Origin: Zygnema circumcarinatum SAG 698-1b
Taxonomy: Eukaryota; Plantae; Zygnematophyceae
DNA length: 64,000 nucleotides
Assembly (NCBI GenBank): GCA_037447605.1
Contig: CM074807.1
Location: 4,223,380-4,287,379 of the forward strand
Reading direction: 5' to 3'
Made by a program: the position numbers and the translations under genes. Of the stretch, positions 12,318-25,000 are shown in pieces. Below the pieces are notes generated by a model that saw only the letters and a program-made list of their open reading frames with translations, had not been told where the DNA came from and did no database searches. Every line of letters starts with the position of its first letter. Within the stretch, counting starts at the first letter, position 1.

Positions 12318-14330
12318 ATGCCAGGGCAGAGCCCTGCGCCGGGTCCGGCCGGGGCGGGAGGGCGCGAGGGCGAGAGGCGGTGGTTGCTACTGCTGCTGTT
12401 GCTGCTGCTTCTGCAGCTGCTGCTGCTGCCGCCGCCGCCGCCGCCGCCGCTGCGGTGTGCCCTCGCCCTGTCCCTCGCACTCGCTCTTCCGTGGGTGCAC
12501 GGGCGCTTGCGCATGGGCATGGGCTTGGGCTTCAGCTATGTGCGCAATGTGTGCTCGGAGGCGCATCCCGCTCGCCTCGTCCAATGAAAATAGTGTCATG
12601 GTGCAGCAGTACTGCACGCTTTGAATATGTTCAGTTGCTACAGAGACCGGACGTACTCCATTTTTATCCGTCTTGCTTACTGCTTGCAGGGCAACGAGTG
12701 GATTTCCTAATCCTGGCGCTTCAACTGAAGTTGTAATAATCCACGCAATGACATCCTCCGAGCCATTTGATGTAAGTTTTCGGCGTTCTCCAATGGGACG
12801 CAAAGTAGTAGGATATTGCCTGTTCGGACCAGATGATTGCTTCATTAAAACCTTACGACTTTCGGACTTAACTTCTGAGTTAAAACTTGTCATGGCATGT
12901 TCCAGATTAGATAGAAGCAATGGAAAAAGTGCCTCTGTTTTCCTTTCCTTGTTGTCTATCATGGAAAATAAGCTATTTAAGCTTCAATGCCCCGTCAACT
13001 CGTTTTGCACCCCCGTTACCATGAAAGCAGTACGGTGCTGTAAAGATCTAGTCATGGTGTGAACACGCCACCCGTGCGATCTCGCTGCTGGAGGGACGAC
13101 AGTGAGTTGGCGAGCGGGAGGCAAGAGATGTGATGCCCGGCGTCTTCATCTTGCTAAAAGATGTCGACTACTTAACCGACCGAGCGGGCTGACCGGCTGC
13201 TTTACTGATTTGAAAAGCAGCATTTGGAGCGTTATCAAACTCCTTTTTCGTTTCCTTTATCACCATGGGCATCCAACACCTTATAGGAGCTGATCAGCCT
13301 GCTTTGTTGGCGAGTTGTCGTCAGACTTCCTTGACTTGAGCGGACTTCGGAAATTCTTAGCATAACTGAGCATGTCTGCCAAACTTGCCCCTATCACACT
13401 GCCAGCTTGCGACGGTACTCAAAGCACCTAGCGTTGGGGTTGGTTACCCTCTTATCTAGATAGCAGCCATGTTTAAGCGAAGGTTCTCCCTCAGTTCAGT
13501 GGCACATTTACTTCTATTGCGAAGCATGTGTAATGCCTATCACTTGGTTAACTGAGGACTAATGTTTGCCACCACTTGACAGGATGCATTAACAGTGTCT
13601 TGTTAGTGATGGAGCTGAAAGGTCCAGCCACTCCTTAAATTCATTTTGCGAGTACAAGTTTCAGTGGCGAAACCGCAATGCTTTTAGGACATTGAGGGCC
13701 GTCGCGGCATCTCATGTGCTATGCCCTTGGTTGGACATCTACTAATCTAATTAATCTATCTATCTTCTCATCTATCTCCTCCCCACTGGTAGAGATTGTT
13801 TGCGGAAACTTTTAATATTGTACCATTCCTGCTCCAGCCCTGACTCACACTAAACATGCCATAATCTGCACTTTTTTCGTTCACGCTCCTGCTCAGATTG
13901 AGGCCTCGCTACCAGGCTTCCACGGACACTCTTCGATTTTACTTTCCTGAGTGTTTAGTCCACGCATTCTGAACTCTCGCTAGCCATTCATCTCGGCCTG
14001 TGTCACAAATCAATTTTGATTGCCTCTTCCACGAAGGATGAGAGTGCTTAAGGATAATTTATGCTCTAGGATAATTTATGCTCGTTACATGAAGCGACTC
14101 CTTAATTGATGCGATGATGCGGTGTTTGCTTTGGGGCTATAGGCTGGCGACAGCATCATTCTTCTAACCGAAGAGGGGAGTCTCTACCGTGCTAGCAAAA
14201 CCAAGGGACGGACATGGAGTTTTGAGCCGGACATTGACGGCAAGCCCTTCACTGGAGAGTATGATTCGTCTGCCCGCAGGAGAGGAGTGCGAACTTGATG
14301 GTTACAATACAAGCAGCACGGTGTATGAGG
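12318..14330 (+). CDS. Putative secreted or membrane protein of unknown function (exon 12318-12490, exon from 12690; downstream exons unresolved)
   Basis: ATG in a GC island followed by RRW-L12-like hydrophobic stretch (signal-peptide-like). CC|GTGGGT joins in phase to ttgcag|G GCA ACG (ATSGFPNPGASTEVVIIHAMTSSEPFD). Candidate exons near 14140-14330. Confidence 0.4.
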
Positions 14331-14408
14331 TTCTATAAGTATTAAGCAGTGGAGTGGTGTAGGGCGCTTGCAGCAATCGCCGTGCGTCACTAGTTGGATA
14401 AGTGGACC

Positions 14409-14810
14409 GAGACAGAGAGCAAGAGAGACAAAGACTGTGTGAGAAAGAGAGAGGGGAGGAGGGGGAGAGGGGGTGGGGTGGAGGGAAAGGGGGAGAGGGG
14501 AAGAGAGGGAGAGGGGGAGAGAAAATGGGGAGAGGAGGAGAGAAGAGCGGAGGGAGAAGGGGGGAAAGTGATAATGAAGGGAGAGAGAGGGGGAAGTGAG
14601 AGGGAGAAAGTGACGTGAAAGTGAGGAGAGGGGCGGAGCGGGGAGAGGAGGGGGGGAGGGGGAGAGGAGCAGGGGAAAGGAGGAGAGAAGTGGATGAGAG
14701 GAGCAGAGGGGAGAGGAGGAAGGCAGAAGAGAGGAGAGAGAGAATGCAGGATAGGAGAGTGAAGGAGAAAAGGGGAGAGGACAAACTGAGAGATAGACAG
14801 AGATAGAGAG
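14409..14810 (+). repeat. ~400-bp purine-rich (A/G) tract
   Basis: Almost only A and G. Similar R/Y tracts at ~17975-18110, 30480-30780, 37876-38006 and 52470-52665. Confidence 0.9.
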
Positions 14811-14950
14811 ATGATCTTGTGAAGCAGCCAACTTGACCCTCTCATGCTGGTGTCAGTCAGTCATATAACTGGCAACTCCTATGGGTCTGGATGAGCTTTT
14901 AGCTGTAGTTCTCTGCGGTCTAAATTATTTTTTTGCTTTGTTTGTTGCAG

Positions 14951-17313
14951 TGTTTATCCAGCCGAGGCTGTGTTGACAGTGATGAAGATGGGAGATGGCA
15001 AGCATTTTGGGTTCCGTTGCAGTATTGCTGAAGGAAAGGTAGGCATTCGGCTTCTCGAAGCGCTTCCTGTCCCCACTAGGGAAGTGGTTCATATATCCTG
15101 ACCACGTGGCTGCTGCTGTCTGCTGCGTGCCCTTGCAGGTCCTTCAGTCTTCAAGTTATTCCAGCATTCAGTTCGACAACCATAACTTTGGCACAGTGAG
15201 TCTCCACCATGTCCAGCTTCGGAATCTGGAGCACCTTTCTTTTCAGTTCAGTCTCAGGGCTACTTCCTTTTTTCGTTTCAGGGACTCACTCAGTACTTAC
15301 GGTTTCACACAGACTCTTTCTTCCAAGCATCAGCTTGTACGTCTTTGTTGAGACTAAGTAGACCTGACTGAGCAGTCTCCATTAATTCTTCTTTGTTGCT
15401 CCTTTGAACAGTGGGAACAATGGGCAGTAAGCAATTCATCTCCAAGCGGCTGCCTCTTCATAAACAGGGCGTAAGATCATGTTTCCTCTTTCGGTGCCTT
15501 TTCTCAATTGGTGCGAGTGGGCAAAGGAATCATTAACCTATATCTGTTTGCAGATAACTGGCAAGATAGGTGGCTTGTTTTGGCTGAAGAAGTCAGTGAG
15601 CAATGTATGTGAGAATGAAGTTTGACCATTTCAGAAAAATCTTGAAACGTTTTCCCGGACATGTGGCCTTTTGCATATTTTCAATGCAAAAAAACAGTCA
15701 CAGTTACAGTCTGACCTAACTACGTCACTGTTCTCCTTTTTCTTGGAGAGCTCTTGACGGCCTAGCCACAGATTGTATGATTGGCCGCAGGTTTCCAGAT
15801 GTTCAACTAAACGTCAACGTTCAGAAAGTCGTGGCTGTTACTCCAAGCTCTTTGCAACTCCTGGATGCGACCAACGAACAGAAGAAGGTGCGCTGGATGG
15901 TTCGCTGAACCTGTTAAGTCTGGCAATGGACAGCATCTAATGCGTGAACACAAGGCGCATACTGCCTAACAAGAATGCGTACCCTCCGTTATTCCTTTTG
16001 CGCTATCCCTCAATAAGTACCTTGACTACTTGGCAGATGCAACATTCACATAACCCTTGGAGTTTGATTAGACATCTTGAGAGAGGTTTCTGGAATAGGG
16101 AGGTTTCTCAGAATGCCAGATCCTCCTCATAAGCAGGAAACCTGTAAACCAAGCGCGAAGCTGGAGGAGCCCAGGGTGGGAAGCTGCTCAGGGTGGCCTG
16201 CAGTCTGACTTTTGAAGGTTTTTTCCAGACGGCTGTAGCAGCTGAGGAGCAGAGTTAAAAGGTTGTCAAAGCTGCCGGATGGATTAGGCTTATCCACTGC
16301 CACGGAGATAGAAGATCAATAGGATGGGTTTTGGCATTATCGTGCTATGATGTGTACACCACGCTCGCTGGCTTTCCTCCTCTAACCTGCTTCAAAAAAA
16401 TCCTGTTTTGCAGGAGATGCAAAACCTGGAGAAAAGACTGGTCACTTTAGAAGAGGCCAAGGCAAATGTGGAGATGGAGATGCAACAACTCAGCGAGCGC
16501 ATGGCTGCCGCAAAAGAGGAGGCCAGAGTGGCTTCAGAGAAGCTCCAGAACGCTCGTACAGAATATGAGGCAGAATTCCAGAAAGATATGGATGTTTTAC
16601 TTGCCAAGGCTGTGAAAGAAAAAACGGCAGCAATGCAAAAGGAAATGGACGAGGTGGTTCAAGCTCGGGAGGAGAGGGAGGCGATGATGAAGAAAGAACT
16701 GGAAGCTATTTTTGAGAAGAGAGAGGCTGCTTTGCGGCAGGAACTAGCAACCAACTACACTCAACTGGCGCAAGATCAGATTGCCAACGCAAAGGCTCAA
16801 GGAAAAGCAGTCGCTTTGAAGATAATAGAAGAGAAAGAAGCGGTTTTGAGGGATGAAGTTTTGGCCAACTTCGGGAAAGAGCTTGAGGCAAAATTAGTAA
16901 CTGTTCGTGAAGAGATGGCAGCGTCTGCAAAGGCAGCCATGGAGACCAAAATCGCTGCTGTCCGGGAGGAGGAGCGAGAAGCTGCACAGAAAGTGCTGGA
17001 AGAGAAAGTTGCTGCTGCGAAGGCTGAGCTGGAGGAAAAGGTTGCAAGTCTGAAGTTGGAGCTGGAGGGAAAGAAAGAAAGCAAATCTTCTTCCCACATG
17101 GGGTTGAAGCTGTCGCTTCTCAAGATACCGAAACCCTCCACGGACCACTCCAACGGGGTTGAGGGCCCTCCCACGCCAAACACCCTTGAGCCTTCAAAGA
17201 GCCTGCCACGGGGGATCTCCTTGAAGTTTCTGACTGAGCCCGAGAGTCAGAAGGGTGCAGCAGCTCAGCCGTCTCCCGGCCGACTTAGGAAGTGGGGTTC
17301 ATTCCGGTTCTAG
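14951..17313 (+). CDS. Multi-exon gene of unknown function with a long C-terminal coiled coil; start not located
   Basis: In-phase chain of canonical exons 14951-15038, 15139-15195, 15412-15426, ~15554-15588, 15791-15889, 16414-17313. The last exon is E/K/A/Q-rich heptad-like sequence ending PSPGRLRKWGSFRF*. Confidence 0.65.
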
Positions 17314-18709
17314 TTTGCACCGGTAGGCAGCCGAGGCTCAGGAATGGAATTGATTCTGGAGCTGAAGCTGGTGCATGACAAAGGATTATAGTAGTATGTA
17401 TATACCGTAGCGTGCATAAGCGTGCAAGGGTGCTGTGCCTGATAACAGCCCCCAGCGCAGGCTACTACTGGACCAGGGCCAGCAGCTGTTCATACTTCTC
17501 TCTGCCCTCTCCTGGAAACCCCCTCTTCCTGGTTGCTGCCCGTTGTAGCACTCACTGGGCAGGCCGGCGGGGCAGGGCACTGCTGACGCGCTGTCCGGTC
17601 TGGTCCGGTGGAGCTGGACGGCCGCCGGGCAGGCACTGGCGGGGAACGATTTAAGTCGATCTCTCACCTTGTAACGGAGCTGCCGCGGCTGTCTGATTAG
17701 TGAATGCCGGGTTGTTCGATCCCGTCATATTACATTAATTAATATTTATTTGGTTCAGAAAGCAAGAAGATTTGTTTGTGCATTTGGAATTCCTAGCAAA
17801 GAGAAACCGGAACTGAGAAATTTCTTAAGCAATTGCTAAATCAGCGTAAAGACAGAGTTTTAGTCATATCTTATCTTATATCTTATCAATATCTTTATCA
17901 AAAAGGTTTGGCTCTGCGTCTTGCACCGTACTACATGCATCTCTTTGTTTCTTTCTGTCTGGTTGCCTGCCTCCTTCGCCTCCCTCCATCCCTCCCTCCT
18001 TTTCCCCCCACCCCAGACTGACTCCCACCTTGTCCTGTCTTCCCTTCCCTAATCCCTCCCTGTCCATCGATTCACCTCATTGTTGTCTCCTTTTCTCTCC
18101 TACTGTCGTTCCATCGCTCTGCTTTTATAACAACTGAAAAAAAGAATGACTTCGAACAAGTCGATAATCAGTGAGCTCAACCGCAATGGTGGCTGCATGA
18201 GAGCGCCCGTTCCCATACCCCCCCAGAGCTGCAGCTCCAAACCCGACTGTAGTGTGTGAGTGAGATGTCTTGCATCTACCGGGCTACTTCCAAGAACAGC
18301 TCTGAACTGGAGGTGGAAGAGAAGAGGGACAGCCACACAATGGGACAACGAAAACGAGAAGAAGGAAATGGAAAAAAGCCCTCTTCCTGCATTCCTTAAA
18401 CTCAGAAAGACATATATATATATATATATATATGTGTATATCTCTCTCTCTCGCTGCCCTTCCACCCTCCCTCCCTCCCTCCAAATGCCCTCCCCTCCCC
18501 CTACGACCTCTTCCCTCCACCTGTATCTGAGTGTCGGCCAGGGAGGGTATTGCGTTTACGAGCGACCTTTCGCCATGGCATCTCACTCACGCGCCTCCTC
18601 ATCCAGCCGCCCGCCCGCTCGCCCGCCCGCCCGGGGAGGTGCAGACTTGCAGAATGTATGCAGAAACCGTACGGCGCAGTATCTGCGCGGGGAGCGCGGC
18701 CAGCACCAG

Positions 18710-18807
18710 CGTGGCGCGGACGTGGCACCGCGTGGCGCCACGTGGCGCCCCTGGGGACTGGCAATATCGCGGAGGCTTCTGGCTGCAGCCGCGACGCGCC
18801 ACGTGGC
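18710..18807 (+). promoter_or_regulatory. ABRE/G-box cluster upstream of the Ca2+-ATPase
   Basis: CGTGGC cores at 18710, 18721, 18731 and 18741, and GCCACGTGGC at 18737 and 18798, 230-320 bp upstream of the ATG. Confidence 0.5.
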
Positions 18808-19032
18808 CCCGCGCGGCGGGCGGGCAGTCAACGCGCTGTGGCGGGTGGGCGGCCGGGCGGGAGCGGAAGGGACGGGACGGGACCGGCTTGCTACCGCGCT
18901 ACGCTGCGCTACGCTGCGCTGCTCGGCACGCGGGAGGAAGCAGGAGGAAGTAGAGGAGCAGGAGGAAGTAGAGGAGCAGGAGGAAGAAGAGGAGCAGGAG
19001 GAAGAGGACGAGGAGGAGGAGGAGGGAGCGGG

Positions 19033-22000
19033 ATGGCGGAGATGGCCGACGAGGATGCCGACGTGTTCCAGATTCCGGCCAAGCATCCGGACCCCGAGGC
19101 GCTGCGCCGCTGGCGGGTGAGGTCCCGCCCCCGTCCCGCTCCGCCTCCGCGGGGAGCGCCTCTGGCGCTGGGCTAATTCGCGCTTGCGGCTGTGGGGGGG
19201 GGGGAGCTCAGAGAGCCACGCTGGCTTTGAACGCCGCCCGGCGCTTCCGCTACACGGCCAAGCTCAGGGAGGGGAGGCCGCTTCGGAAGTTCCGGAGCAC
19301 AAGCCACGCTCTTCTTGTAAGTGCCCGAACCGCTGCGTTCCACTTCTGCAGAATCCGCGCAACGCAGCCAAAAGGAGAACGGGAAGTCGAAAAACGATGA
19401 TGGAACTGATAATAGCCCGTACGTTTAGTTGCCGTCTGGCAAAGCTGACGACGAAGACTGCAAAGGGGCCGTAACGCTGGAGGATATTCTGACTAAGGAC
19501 CATTAAATTGATGACAAGCTCTCGAAACCACACCGCTTTCAGTGGTTTCAGGCCACTCGGTGTTCGGGACATATGCTGCTGACGTTGTGTGCTAGAATTG
19601 AGCGACTGAAAGAATGTGGGAGCACTTTTTGAGGCCTATAATTGGCTGATGGTTGCCGGTGGCCTTGACACAGCACTTGTTGTGAGATTCAGGCTTTCGC
19701 TCTCTATTTTGCGTGCCTGTGTGTGAAAATTTCTAAGCGTGCGAGCTGCTCGTTAACTCCTGTTTATCCTTCCTCCTTTACGCTTTCATGCGCAGGCCGT
19801 AAATAGGTTTAAGGAGGCGGGTCTTCGTTCAAAGCACTCAAAGCTAGCAGGTGCCTCCTGCCTATTCCCACATTGGCCTTTTTTGCTCTTCCTGGTTGTG
19901 TCCGGCAGGTGAACACCGATGTCAACATGGGGAGGAGCGTTACTTTCCGTTTTAGAACGGTGAAAATTTGCTGATTTCTAGTAGTTCGTTATTAAGGACC
20001 TTCCTTGGAGGCTAAATGTGGCGACATGAAGGAAAAACGGGATTCTCATGTCCCGAAGGCAATGAGAGGCTGGTGGTTAAGAACAGCCATGAATTGAATG
20101 TATCACTTGTTTCGGAGTGGGTTCTGCTCCTAGCACGGTATGCAGGCGTAGGAGTCCGGGGATGAATTGCTTGATGTGCTGTGTACGCTTGAGATATTTT
20201 ATGGAACTTGATTGTTATTGCTCTTTTCGATATCAAAGCACAGCTCTAGTCGTATTTTTTTTTCCTTCTTAATAAGGTACGACCTTGCTATGAATTGGGA
20301 GTGATTTACGATGCTTTCGCTGCCGGAGGAGTCTAACTTGTGGGCACTTTATTTAGCAGCGGAGGAACTGGTCCTCGGCAACTTTGACATAAGTCTGGAG
20401 GAGCTGCTGAATCTGAATGACGAGCCAACATTGGAGAAATTGCAATGCTACGGAGGGGTAGGATTGCTGCTTGTGACTGTGTCCGATTGGAGTCTGTTGA
20501 GGTGTCACATTCCTTACAAGGCATACCTGCGTCCAAGTTCTGCCCATTTTAGGAGGCGGCCGGGCCTAAAAGGTAACGCCATGCAATAGTGGGTTTATCG
20601 AGCAGTCCGGACCTTAAGACCCCTAAGCAGGCAGACGGTATCCCTGCCTGCTATCGCAGGTGCCCGGCCTCACCGCGCGGCTCCGCAGCAGCGTGGAGCG
20701 CGGCCTGGAGGGTACGCCCGCGGACCTCGCCCGCCGGCGCCGCCTGTACGGCGAGAACCGCTTCCCCGAGCGGGCCGCCAAACCCTTCCTGGTAAGCCCC
20801 TCGCGCCCCCGCTCCGGTTGCCTATTGTGCCAAAAAATGGCACTAAGAAGATAGTTATCCACCTGCTTGGGGAAGCTTACAAGGAACAGCCGCCCCTGCC
20901 TGCCTGCCTGCCTGCTGCTAGCGAGTGGGCGGGCCCCTGACCAGGGGGCATGGGCGGGCGGGCAGGCATTTCTGTGGGAGGCGTGCCAGGACACGACGCT
21001 CATCATCCTCATGGTCTGCGCTGTCGTCGCGCTCGTCTCAGGCATGATTCAGGTGCGCACACCACCGCATACTCACAATGGGGAGGTGGGTATCTTCTGG
21101 TGACTGTCCCACGTTGTGCCCTTTTCCTCACAGCGAGAGAAAGGTGGCGAGTGAAAAGTGACTTTCTTTATGAAGTTTTGGGAAGTTATGGCTTCTTCCG
21201 ATTGTTTTGCAGCATCCGCAAGACGGCTGGTATGAAGGCGTAGGCATTGCCGCAGCCGTCATTATCGTCGTGCTCGTCACAGGTTCGAGAGCCGACCATA
21301 CGCTTATTCTACATTTTGGACTTCACTCATTTTACAGTTCAAACTTTCTAAGGAGCCCGGTTGCATGCTAGTCTACTCTGGGGAGGTAACAAGGTGGGGG
21401 ATCTGAGAGAGGATGCAGCCATCAGTGATTATCGCCAGTCACTTCAGTTTCGAGATTTGAATGCGGAGAAAGCCAATATTCAGCTGCAGGTGAGCAAATG
21501 ACTGCCTTATTTATACTTGAATCTCTTCGGACAGCACCTCCATCGTGTGCTCCTAACTGCATGTACATGCATGGGCAGGTTATGCGAAATGGGCGACGAT
21601 CGACCGTATCTATTTATGATTTGGTGGTGGGGGACATCGTGCCTCTTGCAATCGGAGATCAGGTAAGAGTCCTTTCCCCTCCTCCCCTCCCCGCTTCTGC
21701 ACGAAAAGGAGCAGGACGGTGCGCCTAACGCAGGGCGGTGCGCCTAACGCGGGGCGGGGCGGGGCGGGGTGGCAGGTGCCGGGGGACGGCGTGGTGGCGG
21801 GCGGGCACTCCCTCGCGGTGGACGAGAGCAGCATGACGGGGGAGAGCCACCCCGTGAGTCACTCACTCACTCAGGCAGCCGGGGGGGGGGGGCTGCCCGT
21901 GGAACGGCCTTTCTCACTCGCAAAAAAATCTCTGACTCCCTAATTTCTGACTCGCGGAATGGAATGGGCGCAGGTTCACAAGGATCACAAGGCGCCATTT

Positions 22001-25000
22001 CTGCTTTCTGGTTGCAAGGTGGTGGATGGCTATGGCACCATGATGGTATGTATGCTCGTCCCTGCACCCCCGGGACCCGGAGCCCCTTCCTCGCAATCAC
22101 AATCGTTGCAATTAGCAGTAGCAATTGCAGTAGCTGGAGGATAACAGTGACAGTGGTAAGTACACCCAAGTAGGTAGTGGGCCCGCATGCCAAAGTATCC
22201 CACGGCAGGCTCCTGAGATGAGATGAGATGAGAGCGGGGGGGGGGCAGGTGACGGGGGTGGGCACGAACACGGAGTGGGGGCGGGTGATGGCGGAGCTGA
22301 GTGAAGACGGCGACACGGAGACCCCCCTGCAGGTGCGGCTCAACGGGCTGGCCACGGCCATCGGGAAGGCGGGCCTGGTGGGGGCGCTGCTCGTGCTGCT
22401 CGTGCTGCTCGTGCGCTACTTCGTCAATTACGAGCCCAAGAAGGCGTCCGCTGTTGTCTCCGATATCGTGGACATGTTCGCTATTGCGGTAACCTCAGCC
22501 TACATGCACTCCCTTTGCTTTTCCCCGCTTTTCCATGGCGCACAAGCATTGGCTGCGCTTCTCGCGAACAGTAATCGTTTGTAATGTTTCCAGCATCTCA
22601 TAGATGATTGTTCAGACAGGTTTGACTGTTTTCCGCACTCGACTTTTTTGAGGGAATGAACAGGTAACCATAGTGGTGGTGGCTGTTCCGGAAGGTCTGC
22701 CATTGGCTGTGGCAATCACGTGAGAATACCATTTTCCCCTATAACCCAACGGAGTCTGGACCCCCCTTCCTGCTTGCTTTGCCCCATGCTGTCAAACTGA
22801 GCCAGAGAGCCCTATCCCAGAGCCATTAGTTTGGGTGCTCAAACATGGTACGGGAGGGCCTGCAGACTGGCGTATTCCATGCGCAAGATGATGGCGGACA
22901 AGGCGCTGGTGGGTGCTGTCATCTCCCGCACCTCGTCGTGCTGTTGTGGGATGAGCACCGGATTGAAAGAATGTGGGAAGGAAGGAGACACGCATGGCAG
23001 GAGGCCGCATTCTGCCGTACTAAAAGGGCTCCATGGAGTGGTGGGGCATGTGCACAGGTGCGGAAGTTGGCAGCCTGCGAAACCATGGGGTCTGCCACAG
23101 CTATTTGCAGTGACAAAACGGGGACCCTCACCATGAATCAGGTTAGGGTCAGCTGCCTGCAAGGTGTAGGATTGCCGCACTGCCCTGCCATCGCTCATTG
23201 CGTTATCGGAGATTTTAGCGTTTTAGGGTGGTAGCGTCATCAGCCTGGGTCCTCCCAACGGGTTGCAGATGAGTGTCGTGAAGATGTGGGCCGGCGGCGT
23301 GCTTGCCGATCAAGTGGCGGAGCTGCGTCTCTCCGCGGAGGCCAAGCAGGTGAGCTGCGTGGCCGCACGCGGAGGGCTGCTCTGTAGTAGTTAGTGCAGG
23401 GCGGGCAGTGACGAGAGGTGGAGGAGGGGAGGGGGGGCCCAACAAGTGCAGGTGCTGGTGGAGGGAGTGGCGCAGAACGGCAGCGGGACCGTGTTCTCGC
23501 CGGAGGTCAGCCCTCGCGCCCCTCCGTTGTGCACTGCACCCGACACAGACATAAGCATAAGCATAAGCATAAGCATAAGCATAAGCAGGATTTACGTGCT
23601 CTACCTGGGCGCCGCCGGCTCACCGTTGGGCGGGGCCGGCTCGGGTTGGGTTGGGGTGGGGCTGCAGGATGGGAGCGCCCCGGAAGTGACCGCGAGTCCC
23701 ACGGAAGCTGCGATCCTCTACTGGGGCTTGCAGGTGCTTATATGTCGTTGTCAGGCATATTCTGGCTTCGTAGGACGCATTGCTGCTTTCGTTTTGAAGA
23801 AAGTCAATGATGAATGTTGGCTTGGCTCTCTGCTGTCAACTTGGAAACAGTAAGTGGGTACATTGTTGTGGCGGGTGCAGATGGGAATGAACTACGAAGC
23901 GGTGCGAGCGGCGTCACAGATCATTCAAGTTGAAGTGTTTAACTCAGCAAAGAAGCGAGCCGGCGTTGTTGTGAAGGTAAGCGCCGCAGTCTTCATTTCG
24001 CTGTAGGCTGAAACGATGGGTTATAGAAAGTAGGAATTCGCGTTGAAGACAAAAGGCGTACAAGTATAGAATCTTCCGATTAATGTCGAGTCTGAATGAA
24101 TTTATCTTGGCACGTGAATCTGTCCCCACATTTTCTTTGGGCAGGATGCAAGCGGCCATGTGCGGGTGCACTGGAAGGGTGCGGCAGAGATCATTCTTGA
24201 AAACTGTTCAAAATGGAGCAGTCCTGACGGGCAGACGGAGGTGCTGACCCCGGGGAAGGTGCGCACCTCGAACTTCTTCCGATGGGGGCAATGTCTGTTG
24301 GGTGCTGTGCAAGTGAAGTGAAGGGACGGCTCCCTCGTGAAGGCTCGCATTTGGGACGGAGAGGGGAGCAGAGCAGGAGAGGGTGAGCTGATGAAGGTGG
24401 GGCGAGGGGACCGTCTGCATGGTGCAGAGAGCGGAGCTGGAGCAGGTCATTAATTCCATGGCTTCGCAGAGCCTGCGCTGCATTGCCATGGGCTACCGCC
24501 CAGTCCTGGCCTCGGAAATGCCCACTTCGGAAGAATTGGAAGAAGAGACATGGAAGTTCCCGGAGAACGACTTGATATTAAGTGCTATTGTGGGCCTTAA
24601 GGTGTAGTGTCACCTTTCCAATTCACTTTTTCGGGTTCTCCGTCCACAGAGTGGGGCTGTGTTGGGTCCTTGTTGCAATACGTGTCTGCATTGCTTGAGG
24701 CCTTTAAATGATAGTCTCGACAGTCACAATGTTGCGTGTTGCCGTTCGGTTTCGCGGATGGCTCAGTCCGTGTTGGCTGTGCAGGACCCATGTCGGCCGG
24801 GGGTGCCCGAAGCGGTTGCGCGGTGTCAGCATGCCGGAGTGCGGGTGAGAATATCTCACGCAATCACTCAGTGGCTTTCTTGGATAGGACTTCATGCACA
24901 TGTATGCATCCCCCCACGATTTGGCGGTTCGTGGGTGCGCATGCTGACAAGGGGATGTTGACAATGACAATGACATTGACATTCCGCCAATGTCTGGATG

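Noticed and set aside
12387-12962. 191-aa minus-strand ORF ending in poly-R/Q
   Set aside because: It overlaps a plus-strand model with better splice and signal-peptide evidence, and its tail is the antisense of a CTG/CCG repeat. Not fully excluded.
14240-14279. Possible 40-nt GC-AG intron
   Set aside because: Unusually short, in an unresolved gene model, and all donors checked in the well-conserved genes are GT.
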